Positions 12,876-26,461 of a stretch of DNA of 64,000 nt are shown here, piece after piece (position 1 is the stretch's first letter; every line of letters starts with the position of its first letter). Source of the stretch: Camelus ferus (lineage: Eukaryota); assembly GCF_009834535.1 (NCBI RefSeq), contig NC_045696.1, forward strand, positions 43,588,001 to 43,652,000, in the 5' to 3' direction. The translations under genes were made by a program, and so were the position numbers. A model generated the notes under the pieces. That model worked only from the letters and a program-made list of their open reading frames with translations, searched no databases and was not told where the DNA came from.

Positions 12876-12969
12876 CTCATTCTCATTGACATACAAACAT
12901 TTCCCTCTAGCTATTGTCTTTGGCTCATTCTCATTGACATACAAACATTTCCCTCTAGCTATTGTCTTT
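12876..12969 (+). repeat. Exact 46-bp tandem duplication (period 48)
   Basis: ctcattctcattgacatacaaacatttccctctagctattgtcttt at 12876-12921 and 12924-12969, separated by gg. Confidence 0.95.
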
Positions 12970-12989
12970 TTTGCATATTTTATTACTTT

Positions 12990-15900
12990 TTATTTTTAAA
13001 CAAATACATAGCAGTAGAATTTACATATAATAAACTTCGTATCTTTAAAGTGTTCAGGTTGTATTGTATGAATATATGCATGAAATCATGACCACAATCA
13101 AGATGACAAATGTATAATATAGTTATATAACCAGCTCCTTTTTTTGACCCTCTTTCCATGCCCAATCCCTTTCCTCAGATAAATCACTGATCCACTTTCT
13201 GTCACTACAGCTTACTTTATGGAATTTTATGTAAATTGAAACATACAATATTAATTGTTTTGTATGGCTTCTCCAACTCAGCATAATTATTTTGATATTC
13301 ATCCACGTTTTTGTGTATCAACAGTCATTTCATATTTAATGCTGAATAGTATTCATTGTGTTGATATGCCAGATTTGTTGATCCATTCACCAAATGGATA
13401 TCTGGATTTTTTGTAGCTTTTGGCTGTTACAATAAAGCTGTTCTGAACATTGGTGTACAAGTGTCTGCATGAACAATTGTTTTAACTTCTCTAGGTTAAT
13501 ACCTAGGAGTAGACTAGATGATACAAAAATAATATATATACATACATATACACATATATATATATTTTAGAAACTGCCTAACTTTTCTCATCACCAGAAA
13601 TTAGTTGTAGTTCCTCTGCATCCTCACTAGTATTTGGCATGATCAGTCATTTTAACTTTATCCATACTAATAGATATATAGAGACATCTTACTGAATTTT
13701 GCATTTACCTCATGACTAATAATGTTGAATTCATTTCATAGCACTAACTTAACATCCCTATTTTCTTTGGTAAAATGTCTATTCAAAAATTTTGCCTAAC
13801 TTTATTGTTTACTTTTCATTGAGTTTTGAGATTCTTTATATATAATGCATACAAGCTTTTTATGAGGCAAATGGTTTCACATATTTTCTCCCAATTTATG
13901 GCTTGTCATATTGGTCTTCACAGCATTCTTCAAGTACCAGTTCTTAATTTTGATAAAGTCCTATTGCTTTCTTTATGGATCATAGTTTTGACATCATAAA
14001 TAAGAAATATTGCTTAACCCAATGTCGCCATATTTTCTTCTATGCTTACGTTTAGAATTTTTAAAGTTTTACATTTTACATTTGGTTTGAAAAACAATTT
14101 TGTATTAATTTTTGCAGGTGTGACATATGTGTCAAGGTTCATTTGCATATTTTGGAGGTATTATACATTAATTTTTAGGTATAAGTTATGAATTAAAAAT
14201 TATTTTTGCATATGCATGTCAAATTTTAGCAGAACAATTTATTGAAAATACTATCATTTTTCAATTGATCTGCTTTTAGATCTTTATCCAAAATTATTTT
14301 GTTTTGATGCATAGGTTTTGATTACCTATCTTATGCCATTGATCTATTTGTCTATCTTGATGCCAGTGCCACACTCTCCTGATAACATAGCTATATAATA
14401 AGTCTTAATGTCAGATAGGCTAAGTTATATAACTTCTCTCTTACTCAAAATGACTTGAGGATTCATAAGTCCACATGAAGTTTAGAATCATCAATTCTCT
14501 ACAAAAGGGTGCTAGGATTCTGACTGAGATTACATTGAATATACAGATTAATTTGGGAGTAGAATTAACATTTTAACTATAATTATTTTTTCAGTACATA
14601 AATACAATATTGTACATAGCATAGTATTTTATATAAATGTATATATATATATAAGTTATATATAGCAAATAAATACAGATATAATATGTAAATATAATAT
14701 AAATAAAATTACCATACTTTTATATACATACCATACTTTTCCATTTATTTATGTCTTTAATTCTTTTCGGCAACGTTTTATCATTGGTAGTGTTCAGGTC
14801 ATGCACATCTTCAGACCTATTTAGATCTTGGTATTTCAAATTTTTGATGCTACTGTGAATATTATGGTTCTTTTTATTTCAATTTCTAATTGTTACTATA
14901 ATATAGAACTAATTTTGTGCTAGAATGTAGGATTATAGTTTATTTTTGACTGTTGTTCTGGTGTCAACACAGTAATAGTAACTCTTTCGCAGATATAATC
15001 ACTTTTTAAAATATGAACAGTCCTTTTTTCTGCAAGTACAAGCACTTTGATTTATTATATTCAGTTGTTCTCAGCATTATAGTACTCAGCCTTTCCTTAT
15101 TAAATATAATTAAAGCCATAAGGATTTTTGTACATGCCCTTCATGAGATTTAGAAAGTCTGGTTATAATCTTAGTTTGCTGAGAAAGTCTGTACCAAGAA
15201 CAGATGTTGAACTTTGTCAGTTGTCCTTTTAGTGTCTATTGATATGATAGCATAGCTATTATTTTTTAGTTTGTTGATATGATGCATAACATGACTTCAT
15301 TCTCAAATACTAAATCAACATTGCACTCATCAGATAAACACTGTTTTGCCAAGTTATACTGTCCTTTTTATATATCATTGAATATAATTTGTTATAACTT
15401 TGACAAGCTTTTTTGCATCTATATTCATGAAAGATACTGTTCTGTAGATTTCTTTACTTGTGATGTCTTTGGTATGATTTCATACTAATTCTAGCTTTGT
15501 GGTAGATAGATTCTTTGAGTCTTTGATTTCTTTACTGATTTTTCTCCTTATATTTTTAGGTATTTAATTGAGGTTCTGAAATATCTGGTAATAATTATGG
15601 AATTGTCTATTTCTCCTTACAGTTTTTGCTTTGGGTGTGTTTGTTATATTATTCAAAGCATAAAGTAGGTTTAGAATTGTTATGTCCTTCATAAACTGAC
15701 TTCTTTATAATTAGGAATTGACCCTCTATATGTCTGGCAATATTTTGTCCTCTGCTTGAGATAAATAAAGCCATTCCAGCTTTTTTTTTTTTTTAGTTGC
15801 ATTATCATAGGGTATCTTTATCCATCATTTTACATTTAGCCTATTTGTGTCTTTTTATTTAAAGTATTTTTTGTTTATTTGTTTGTTTAGGCAGCTGGTA

Positions 15901-17040
15901 TATGAACACTCCAAGTATTGATTTTTTTTTAATGATTCTAGTTCTCTGATGAAATTTTTCCATTTTGAACACATTAAGTATAGTTACTTTAATGCCCATG
16001 CTTAGTAACTCCAAAATTGGATGACCCCTCATCCTTCGGGTCTCTTTTCGTTGTCTGTTTTCTTCTTTCCCTCTTTCCCTTTCTTTCTTTCCTTCTTTCT
16101 TTATTTTCCTTGTTCCTTCCTTCTAATGCTTGCTAATTTTTAGTTAATGTTGGTCTTTTTTTTTTAAATAAAAATTACTGAGGCTTTGGATTATGATCTA
16201 TTTCTTCCATAGATGATTCACAATATCCCCTTTATAAGGAACCACATCAGGAGTAGATCACCTTATTACACTTAGGTTCTCAGCTAATTCCAGATTAGAT
16301 ATGTCATAAACTTTGTCAAGTTTGGTCTACCTTTTGGGCTCCAAAAGGGATTCTTCCTACTTGGTGGGCCTTAATTGTAATTGTCAGCACTAAGCGATTT
16401 CATTACTGTCTCTGCTGAGCTTTCTGCCTGTTTTTTGCTGACCTTATTGGCACCCTGCCTTGTACTAGCTTAAGTAACTGTTAAATGTCTCAAGGGTAAA
16501 ACCTAACAAAATGCCAGGCAAATTCCTCCACAGCTCTATTTATTAAGAAAACTTTGATCCTAGAGGCCTGACTTCCCTGAGAGGTCTAAAATGCATTTTT
16601 ATATGAAATAAAAAAACAGGATTCTGTTAATGGCATTTGGAGATCACTTTCCCCCTAGGATATATAAGCCTTCTGAAGAGGTAGATGGGAATTTTAAAAA
16701 CTCAGCAGAACTTTTGACCCTACCTGTACTGGTAGATATAATGTCTCTCCATTCTCTCCTTCTTTTTCTGAAACTCTAAATGTATGTATTTTAAATGTCT
16801 GGCTTGTATCCATTTGTCTGTACTAAATTTCTTTTATTTGTTAATCCCATTTCATCATTCTGAATGCTTTATTCTGAAATATCACGCACTTTACTAATTG
16901 TCTCTTTAACTTGTCTAATCATCTCTTAAATTTATTCTTTATTATTTAATTTAGTCACTGAAGTTTTAGTCCTAAAATTTCTATTTGTTTCTTTATGTAA
17001 TATATGGCTCTTCACCACAGTTCTCATTTCAAAAAAAAAT
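12990..17040 (-). mobile_element. Old fragmented LINE-1 (L1MB/ME-type): 3' UTR, ORF2 remnants and upstream pieces
   Basis: Antisense L1 hallmarks: aatttacatataataaac, ttggctgttacaataaagctgttctgaacatt, ctgagattacattgaatatacagattaatttggg, tgaaatatctggtaataattatggaattgtctatttctcc. AT-rich expansion at about 14590-14740. The part beyond about 15900 is less certain. Confidence 0.8.
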
Positions 17041-19959
17041 TTCCTTCAACATAATGGCTACTTTCCAAAACTGAGGAGACAGAGCAAGTCACAACTTCTA
17101 AATGCTCTACAAAATGAAAGCTGGATAAATAAACTTATATGTAAGTAAACTGTAGCTAAACTGATGAAAACTAAAGCAATAACAATATTAAAAGTAGCAA
17201 CAGAAAAAAGTCATCTATCATTATGCAACAATTAGACTGGAAGCTCACTTATAAAATTTAGTTATATTTTAAAAAAGCAGGTGTTTTACTAGGAAAATGT
17301 TCACACAGACATGTTCAGCAAGATGTCCTCACATAAAGATGACACTTAAATGAGCTTAACCCTGGGAGACGTAGATTCAGTTTCAGAGCACACTCTTTGT
17401 AAATGGCAAGTTCCAGCTTCATTCCAGAAATCAGATTTTGACAGAGTGGTGGCAACTGAACATCTAAGAAGCCCCAAAAGAGAAGGGCTAATAAAGAACA
17501 CAGCTAAGATTATTTCAGTCAAATTTCACAAACTTAAAATATTTGCCTCTTCACAGAAAGTGATTTTGAGTTTCTAATAAACAAGAATTATGATCCTTAA
17601 TATCATCATCTTGGCCATCAGCGAAAACATTCTATATTGTTGATGCAAGATATATATGGTATTTTGGATTAATTATATAATTCTAAACATTAAAGCAACT
17701 GATGTTAGAAAGGTTAAATTTTCAAATATGAATTCTTTAAGAGAATTCTTACTTTCACATTCCCCTTGTTCTTTTCTAAAACAATTGTATTTATCGTATC
17801 AATCTGTTTATCAAGTTTGTAAATTGTAAAACTTTTTTTTATAATTAAATGCACACTTTAGATTGTGAAATGCATAATTATAACACTGAAATATGTATAT
17901 ACTGTGGAGTAATGTGCATGCATCATTTACTACATAGTGAAGCAGATACACTTTTAATTAAATTCTATGATGTACAATATATGACCAGAAGAATTATGCT
18001 TTGAATAGCCAATTCTGTATGCAGTCATAAAGTGCATTATATAAGTGCCTATAAATCACTCATTGGATATCCCTTAAAGAGGAGCAAAGGACTAGATACT
18101 TGATTTTAACACCAATTTTAGGATATAATTTTCTTTTTGTTCTAAGCAGTGCAACAGTTGTGCACTCCTTTGAGGATACAGCAAACTATTGATACTAAAT
18201 AACAAGGCAGGGGTGATCTGGGTCTCCATCTGCTAACTAACACACTGTTTCTGGCACTATGGGATAAAAGCATAACAGAAGGAAACACACTTCTTAGTCC
18301 TCAATTTAGGTTTTGGAAAGAACTTAATCTACACATAGTGTCAGACGTGATGTTGATGCCTTATGGACCAGCTACATAGTCATTTCCAGGTGTGATTCAA
18401 GATGATAACCGCTCAGGGGGCTGTAGATGTTTAAAGAAGCAATTCTCACATTGTAGAATGAGTAAGAGTGATGCAGATTATGTTTCAGGATGGGAAACTG
18501 TTTGTGGGACTAACAAGCCACCAGATGGCTCTGGTGTAACTGACACATTAAGTCAGGACTTAAGCCGAAGTTCAGACCTTTTTCACATGGTAGCTCAACA
18601 ATGCAGGACCAGCAGGCAGAATGTGCATGGGACACAAGATGGCTTTTGCCTACTCTATCTTTCTTTCTGTTTATTCTGAACAAGGTGCTATGTTACATTT
18701 TGTTAGAGAAAAATTGAGTTTTCTATTTTACTCTATAAAAAAAATCCCCCCTGGATATGTCTCATTTAAGCCCATTCAAGAAATACAGTGATATTCAGTT
18801 ATCAAGCAGTATGCTCCCAACGTTTGACAAGTCATGAAATTATGAACAGGATACCAGCTACATGGCAATGAAGTGATTTTCATGTAAGACTTTCCTGTGA
18901 GTTGATTTCTTTTCATTTCTCATCTGACTAAATCCTAGCCTGCAGCTACCTGGGAGCATAGGGCATCTGACAGATGTCCCCTTCTGAGAAGAGCTTTACT
19001 TTCTCCTTGTGTGGCTACATTGTGCATTGAATACGCAAATTAAAATTTTAATTTTTTTCTAAATAGAATAAATAAATAAGAAGTAAAAAAAATATGCATT
19101 TTGAGAAAGGGATTTTTGCCTCTCATTTTAACAACAAATTTTGAAGTGGTGAATTTTTGGTAGCTCAAAAAAATCAAGATACATATCATTATACAATTTT
19201 AAAGAAAACAGCAGTGTAAAAAATCCAGCGTTGCAAGTTCTTGTTATTGATACAATAGAAAAAATTTTTTTTTTTGGACAGAAACCACAATGACATTTTC
19301 ATTATTAAAAGCTTCAGGAATTACATTTTTATGATTAAAAATCAGGGCCTAATATATTAAAAAGCAAAATTATATAGCTTCCTATATGGCAGAAAGTTTG
19401 AGGGAGATAAATTTTTTCTAAAACCATTTCAAAGTTCATTATTCAAGTTTTCATAACTATAAAGTTTGATCTTGACAGAAATTGATGTATCCCCATTATT
19501 ATGGAATATATTTTGGACTTTGAAGGAAGTCAAGAGATGTTTTCCTCTTTGTCCTAGATTTAGAAAAATGATAGTTTCATAAGAATAAATTCTGAATTCC
19601 TGATTTCCAGCTAATCACCCTTCTGGCACTTGGAGATGGAAAAGCCCTGACAGCCAGAACAAATTTCTTAACAGTGGTCAAGGGGAGAAAGACATCAAAA
19701 GACTAGCATTTATTTATATATAAATTAAACTTTTCTTTTTTTCTGAGATGAGAATGATCAGAACAGTTTTTTAGGGAATAGGAGTTAACTGTCAACTTGC
19801 TCTTTCAAAATACAGTCTTAATGCTTAATGAGAAACAGCATTATTTCAAAGATGAGGACTGCATCTTACTGACCTTTGAATTATCAGTACACATAATCTG
19901 TTATTTCTAGCATGTAGTTCAATGGCAGACATTAAGTGGCTGTAATTAAATGCTATGGG

Positions 19960-20075
19960 CGAGAGGCAGGGAACGAGAGAGAAAGGAGAAGGAGGAGTCT
20001 GAAAGGATGGTGACGGGAATGACTAAGAACGAGAGGTGAAGAAAGTAGAAGGAAAGAGAGGGACAGAAAATAAAA
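19960..20075. repeat. Purine-rich low-complexity tract
   Basis: gagaggcagggaacgagagagaaaggagaaggaggag... Confidence 0.55.
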
Positions 20076-20134
20076 ATCTCTAGTAATCTGTCTGGTGGAT
20101 GAATAAGGTTTAAAAACGGGCTCTCATGTCACAA

Positions 20135-20345
20135 ATAATTGAGTTCAATGTGACAGTCATTAATTATTAGGTTTTAGGTAACTAACTTAACCCCTGTATG
20201 TCTCAATCATTTCACAGTAATTACGGGTCCACTCTCAAGGAGATCTGGAAGGATCAAGAGAGACAATGATTGTGAAGCTACAAGTAGGGCAGTACAGTGC
20301 TGAATATCTACACAGCACTCAAGCGCCAGTAGCCTTTAATTATTT
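20135..20345 (+). mobile_element. MIR fragment
   Basis: gagttcaatgtgacag...taggtaactaacttaacccctgtatgtctcaat...gaaggatcaagagagacaatg. Confidence 0.55.
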
Positions 20346-20599
20346 TTGTTATTTTCTAATCACGTAGACATTTGTAAAATACTATAAGGTATGAAATTAA
20401 AGTAAAAATGTAAACAAAATCACAGGTTAACTTCTGAATGTGATACAATTTTGCCTAATCACTGCAAATTCTTTAAGATTAATCTAACTGGTTATCTGTT
20501 TATATCTTTTCTTTATTCCTACCACTGTTCTATCTAATTGCTTTAGATTGGCCCTCTATGTCAACATTCTCAAGCATTCCAATGTGAAAATTAAATAAA

Positions 20600-23500
20600 T
20601 TTTTTTAAATAAAATTTGTTATTTTTAAATTATTGTAAATTTACATACAGTTACAAGAAATAATACAGCATGATACTATGTACCCTTCGCCTACTTTCCC
20701 CCAATGACAGCATTTTCAACTCTAAAGCACAATATCAAAACCAAGATACTGACACTGGTCCAGGAAGATACAGGACATTTCCATCACCATAAGAATCCAT
20801 CATGCTGCCCCTTTATAGCTATTTCCACGCTGCTTTTATCTCACCTCCTCCTTATAAACTGTCAACTCCTAATCTGTTCTCATTTCTGTAAGACTGTCAT
20901 TTCAAGAATGTGTAGATGCAATCATACATCATGCAACCTTTTGGGATTAGCTTCCCCCCCCCCCCTACTCATAATTCTCTAGAGATTTACTCAGGTTGTT
21001 TCATGTCTATCAGTAGTCCTTCCACTTTTATTGCTGAGTAGTATCTCACAATATGGGTCTGTATGTTTTGTTTAACCATTCACCCACTGAAAAGCACATG
21101 GAGTTTTTACAGTTCAGGGGCTGTTATGGATAAAGCTGCTAAAACTCTTTGTTTACAGATTTTTTGTGTGACTTAGAGTCTTCATTCCTCTGAGATAAAT
21201 ACCCAGGAGTGCAAATTGCTGGGTCATGTAGAAGGTGCATGTTTAGATTAAAAAACTGTCCAACTGTTTTCTAGTGTGCCTGCACCATTTTATAATATAT
21301 GAGTGACCTAGTTTCTCCACATCCTCCCCAGCATTTGCTATTCTTAGTAATTTTTATTTCAGCTAATCTTATAAGTGGGTAGCTATATCTCCTTATCGTT
21401 TTACTTTGCATTTCCCTAGTGGTTAATGAAGTTAAAGAGCATTTCGTGCACTTATTTACCATCTGTATATCTTCTTCAGTGAAATATCTCTTAATGCCTT
21501 TTTTCCATTTTCTCCTGAATTTTGTTTGTTTCTGTTAAGATTAGAGTGCATTATTGATTCTGGATATTACACCTTCTTTGGACATATGATTTATAAATAT
21601 CTTCTTTTCGTCTGTAATTTGTCTTTTTATCCTCTTCCCATAATCTTTTGCAGTGCAAAAGTTGTTAATTTTGATAAAGTGCAGTTAATTAATATATACT
21701 TGTGTGATCTGTGTTTTGGTATCAAGTCTAAAAACTCTTTGATTAGTCCTAGATACTAACAATTTTCACCTGCTTTTCTTTTCTAAAAGTTTTTAGTTTT
21801 ATATTTGACATTTAAGTCTCTGATCCATTTTGAGTTATTTTTGTATAAGGTGTGATACTTAGGCTGAGGTTTTCTGTTTGTTAGCTTTTGTATTTAGTCA
21901 ATGGATGTACAGTCTTAAATATTTCCAGTATACAGATTTAGAATCACATTAGATAATGTCATAAGCTTTACTTCAATCATGATACATGAATTAGAAAATC
22001 CAACATGAGAAGAAAGGCTTCTTTTATTTTCTCATATTTTTGCTTATTATTTATTTTTTTCTTGATGCTGTAATAATTTTTCTTTTATTATTTCACTTCC
22101 TGTATAGATAAAATCCCTTAATCATTCTTTTAGGGTAGGTCTTCCCATGACAAATTTTTTTAGTTTTCCTTTATCTGAGAATGTCTCAATTTCTCCTTCA
22201 TTCCCACAGCATAGTTTTGCCAGATACAGATTCCATAGTTGATAATTCTTTTCTTTTAGTGCTTAAAAGCATTGTGCCATTTCCTTCTGGCACAATGAAT
22301 AAATTCTCAGCAAGCTATCAGCTATTAGATCTTTGCTATAGTTCCACAAGTTCAAGTTTTGTTTTGCTGTTGTTTAATATCTCTGCTATTCATATGAGAA
22401 TTTCTTTTGTTCTGTCTTCCAGTTCATACTGATCCTTTACTCTGCCATGTCCATTCTGTTGTGGAGCATACTCACTGAGTTTTTTATACTGGTTAATTTA
22501 TTTTTCAGTTTAAAAAATTCCATTTGATTATATCACCTATTACATTGCTGAGTTTCTACTTTTCTATTTTTCTTTGCTTTATCTTCCTATTTTGTATTAT
22601 TTCTTAAATATGGTTAGCTGATTATTGTACTTTTTCATCATGGCTATTTGAAAATCCTCGTAAGTCTATTACCTTTGTCATCTCAGTGTTAGCATCTATT
22701 AATTGGCTTTTTAAATTCATTTGAGATCTTCCTGGTCTTGGAATGATGAGTGATTTTTGCTTGAAACTTAGACATTTTCATATTATAGTATGAGATACTA
22801 AATCTTATTTAAACCTTCTGATTTTGCTTGTTTTTTTCTGACACTGCTCCACCTTGGAAGTAGGTAGCTGTTGTGGTACTTTCAGATGGAGGCAGACGTC
22901 CAAGATACCCAGTCAGCATCTGGTGATTCCTGAGGGAAGCTTCTTCGTTTTCAGGCAGGGATGGGAGTTCCAGCTCCACTAGGCCACCACTGATACCATC
23001 TCAGCACAGATGAGAGGGGCATCTCATTCCTGCAGGATCCCATCTTTCAGTGCAGTCTCAACTAACATGATGGGTAGGAAGTGGGACTTCATGGCCAAAC
23101 AGTGGGGATGAACATCCTGGCTTCCTGCTTGGCCTCTGCTGACATCACCTTAGCAGAGATTTCAGGTTGCCTCACTTCAGACCCACAAGGGTGGAAGTCT
23201 AGCCTCTCTGTTTAGCCTTTGCTGGAATGAGTGGGGCAACAGTTTTCTTCTGTGGTATTTGGTTAGAATTGAGCAGTTATTTTCTAAACATTTTTTGTCT
23301 TACAAGACAGGATATACCTATCTTGGTCCTTGGTTAGAGAAATCAGGCTTTTCTTAGGTTTAAAAACAAACAAACAAACAAACAAACAAACAAACTGTCT
23401 CTGTTGGCATTTACAGTCTGCTGGCTTCTTTCAGCTCCACGTCTGGGATATATAAGGCAAAAAGAAAATCCAGGAGCTCATCACCATTTCACTCCTCATT

Positions 23501-23650
23501 CTCAAGTTTTCTAGCCAGTCAGCTTTTCTCTCTACACCTCTAAAGGCATCTTATGTTTATTTTCTACATAATGCCCAAAATTTTTAGTTGTATTTATAAG
23601 GCAGAGTAGAGAACAGTACATAGACTCCATTCTCCTGGAAGTGGAAGTCT
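20600..23650 (-). mobile_element. LINE-1 (L1MC-type) retaining 3' and 5' termini, large internal deletion
   Basis: 3' UTR (gaaataatacag...tacccttcgcctactttcccccaatg) and ORF2 C-terminus (ORF 21271-21462, KCWGGCGE) to about 21910. ORF1/5' UTR-like sequence then follows, ending in actccattctcctggaagtggaagtc, the antisense of the old L1 5' end. Confidence 0.75.
23364..23395. repeat. (AAAC)n microsatellite
   Basis: aaacaaacaaacaaacaaacaaacaaacaaac. Confidence 0.9.
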
Positions 23651-23916
23651 AATGCAAATTCCTTTTTAGGCATACACGCAAACTTCTACAACATGAGAAA
23701 ACAGAGGGACAAGATAAGGCCATTAGAAATTAGGTTAAGAAATATTTTTCTGTAATCCCCAGAAATTTCAAACTAATTAGAAGAGACAGTAATTAATAGT
23801 GTTTAAGGAAAGGGTTAAGAAATTATTTTATTTGGCTGTTTATAAAATATGTCACATCTCGTACAAATTTTGACTGACTCAGCAATATAAATGATATTCA
23901 GCTAAAAAGAGATAGT

Positions 23917-24042
23917 AAAAGGAAAGGGAAGGAAGGAAAGAGGAAGGAGAGAAGGAAGGAAAGAGGAAGGAGAGAAGGAAGGAAGGAAGGAAGGAAGGAA
24001 GGAAGGAAAGTGTGAAAAGGGAAAAAATGGGAAAAAGGGAGA
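23917..24042. repeat. (GGAA)n / GA-rich microsatellite
   Basis: ggaaggaaagaggaaggagagaaggaaggaaag...ggaaggaaggaaggaagg. Confidence 0.9.
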
Positions 24043-24189
24043 TTCTGCCTACTATAAAGACTTATCTTTTAGTCAAATGACTCCAAAATCTCCAAGTTGG
24101 CATGATATAGAGAGAATGAGACCTGTACATATTTTGAAATATTTTTTTCCTCAAATTATGCTTCTGATATTCATCTAAGGCACGTATTA

Positions 24190-24345
24190 GTTTGACATAA
24201 CTAGTTATGTTCATCAGCTGTAGCTCACAAAAGATTAGGTACATAATGCACATTTTAGTAAGTTGTTAAGCCTATTGAGCTAATAAGAAGTGACACTGGG
24301 ATTCAGATTCCTCCCATCTAATTCTCAACATTTTGTTCTTATTCC
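24190..24345 (-). mobile_element. MIR fragment
   Basis: gagctaataagaagtgacactgggattcagattcctcccatctaattctc. Confidence 0.5.
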
Positions 24346-24509
24346 ACGTGGTATTATGATGTAGGTCCTAAGGACTTTAGAAAGGGAAGAGAAGACTTAA
24401 GTATGGACAAGGAAGGCAGGAAGGAGAGCCAGGAAATTACAAATCAGAGACAGGCTCATTGTTTAACGGGATAAAAATGAAAAATATGTTACATTTTATT
24501 TACTGATAT

Positions 24510-26460
24510 ATTTTTATATTAAAGTATTTTAAATGCTTATAAAAATGTATGAATAATATAGGAAGCAGCCATAATCCTATCATCCACATTTAACAAGCTA
24601 ATTTCAGAATAAATACTGAGAGTCCTTCTGAGAGTCACTCTCTACCCTTTCCACATCCCACTGCTCTGAGTGGAATTAGAGATAAAAACACTCTTATGAG
24701 GTATCTATATATATGGCCCTTTGTTATGATTTTTCTACATGTGCCTGAATATACTAACCATATACTGTGCTGTCCCCGTGAGTTCTTAAATTTTATATAA
24801 TATATACTACTCTGTATATCATTCAAAATCTACTTTTTCCCTCAAATTATGTTTTTGACATTTATTTATATAAACAGAAAGATGTATAGATATAGATATA
24901 ATCCACTCTCTTTAACTGTTCTGTAGTTTTCAATTACAAGAATATACCACTATTAATCCTACTAATTGATAAAGCTCAGGTTGTTCGTTTTTTCTTATTT
25001 TTATATCATAATAAATTAACACTATTGCATAGATCTTTCTTTTTAATGTGAAGGAAATTTTCTCTTGGATATACACATGAATAGAATTACTGAGTATAGG
25101 GTACATAGATTTTCAACTATTTAAGATATTTCCAAGTTGTGTTCCAAAGTACTGTAACAATTTTAGCAACATTTGAGAATTCTTGGTGTAACAACAAAGA
25201 CCACTGGTATCATCTTATTAAAAACGTATGCAAAACATTCTACTGCTGCTTTTAAAATTAATTTCTTTGACAAATACAGATTTTTAGAATGTTTTACATT
25301 TCTGTTAAATGTTTAGCATTAGCATTCTCTGCATTAAGTTCTCATGACTGGCCTATTTTCTATTAGATATTATAACTAACTTGCAAACACCATTTATTTA
25401 TTACAAATATTAATCCTTATTAATTATATACATTCTAATTACCTTCTCCTAGATTGTAAATTTTTTGGGGGTATGCTTTTCGTTTCTTGTTTAAGAAATA
25501 TTTTCCTAACATATTTACCAAACCCAATGCCATAAAAAGTCCTTCCCTACATTCTTTATAATATAAATTATTTTATTTTTATTTTTAAATTATATAAAAC
25601 TTACAAAAATAATTCAGAGAAACTTTCATATGCCCTTAACTCAGATCTACTTCTCTCTCTTACACATACACACAAATACAAATACACACACACCACACAC
25701 ATATTTAAGCAAAATTCTGACCCATGTGGTAGGTTGTATGTATCATGTCACTTTATTGCCAAATTCCTCTCTAAAATCTGTGTCATTTTGCATTATGGCC
25801 AGAGAGTGCCTTTTTACTCACAGCCTCACCAATGGAACTTATCAGTGGGCTTTTCAAGTTTTACTAATCTGATAGATAAGAAATGGTATTGTCAACACAG
25901 CTTTAATCCTCATCTACTTTAGGATGAATGAAGTTGAACATCTTTTCATATTTTAAAGGTCATTCTTTATTTCTCTTTTGTAAATTTTCTGTCGATGTTT
26001 TCTATAGAACTTTCTGTAGGAGTATAGTTTCTTTTCAGTCTTCAATTTTAAAACGTTCTTTTAGTGTTAGTAATATTGGCCCTCTATTTGTTTTATATAT
26101 ATATGGCAAATATTTTCTCCTTATTTATTTTTTGACTTTCTTATGTTGTTTTTCCTTTTTGTCATGCAAAAATGTTTAATATTTTAAATCAGATGTATCA
26201 CTCTTTTCTTTCACTGTGTATTATTTTTAGTCCTATTTAGAGAGACTTCTTTGATAATTGAGCTTGTAGAAGACTTTACCCATATTTACTCTTAATACTT
26301 GAATTTTTTTCTTAAATTTACGTCTCTATATCAAAATGGAAATTAGTCTTGTGCATAGTGTGAGAAATGTATTTCATTTTATTTTTACTCTCATGGCTGT
26401 CCATTAATTCAGGCACCACTTATTAAAAAATCCATCTTCTCCAAGAATTTAAGATACTAC
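24510..26460 (-). mobile_element. Old LINE-1 fragments (L1ME-type)
   Basis: tagaattactgagtatagggtacatagattttcaact, ttttactaatctgatagataagaaatggtatt and caccacttattaaaaaatccatctt are antisense L1 ORF2/3' UTR motifs. Probably two pieces. Confidence 0.65.
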
Positions 26461-26461
26461 C

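Noticed and set aside
14590..14740. AT-rich insert with repeated taccatactttt inside L1
   Set aside because: Consistent with ordinary low-complexity (TA) expansion.
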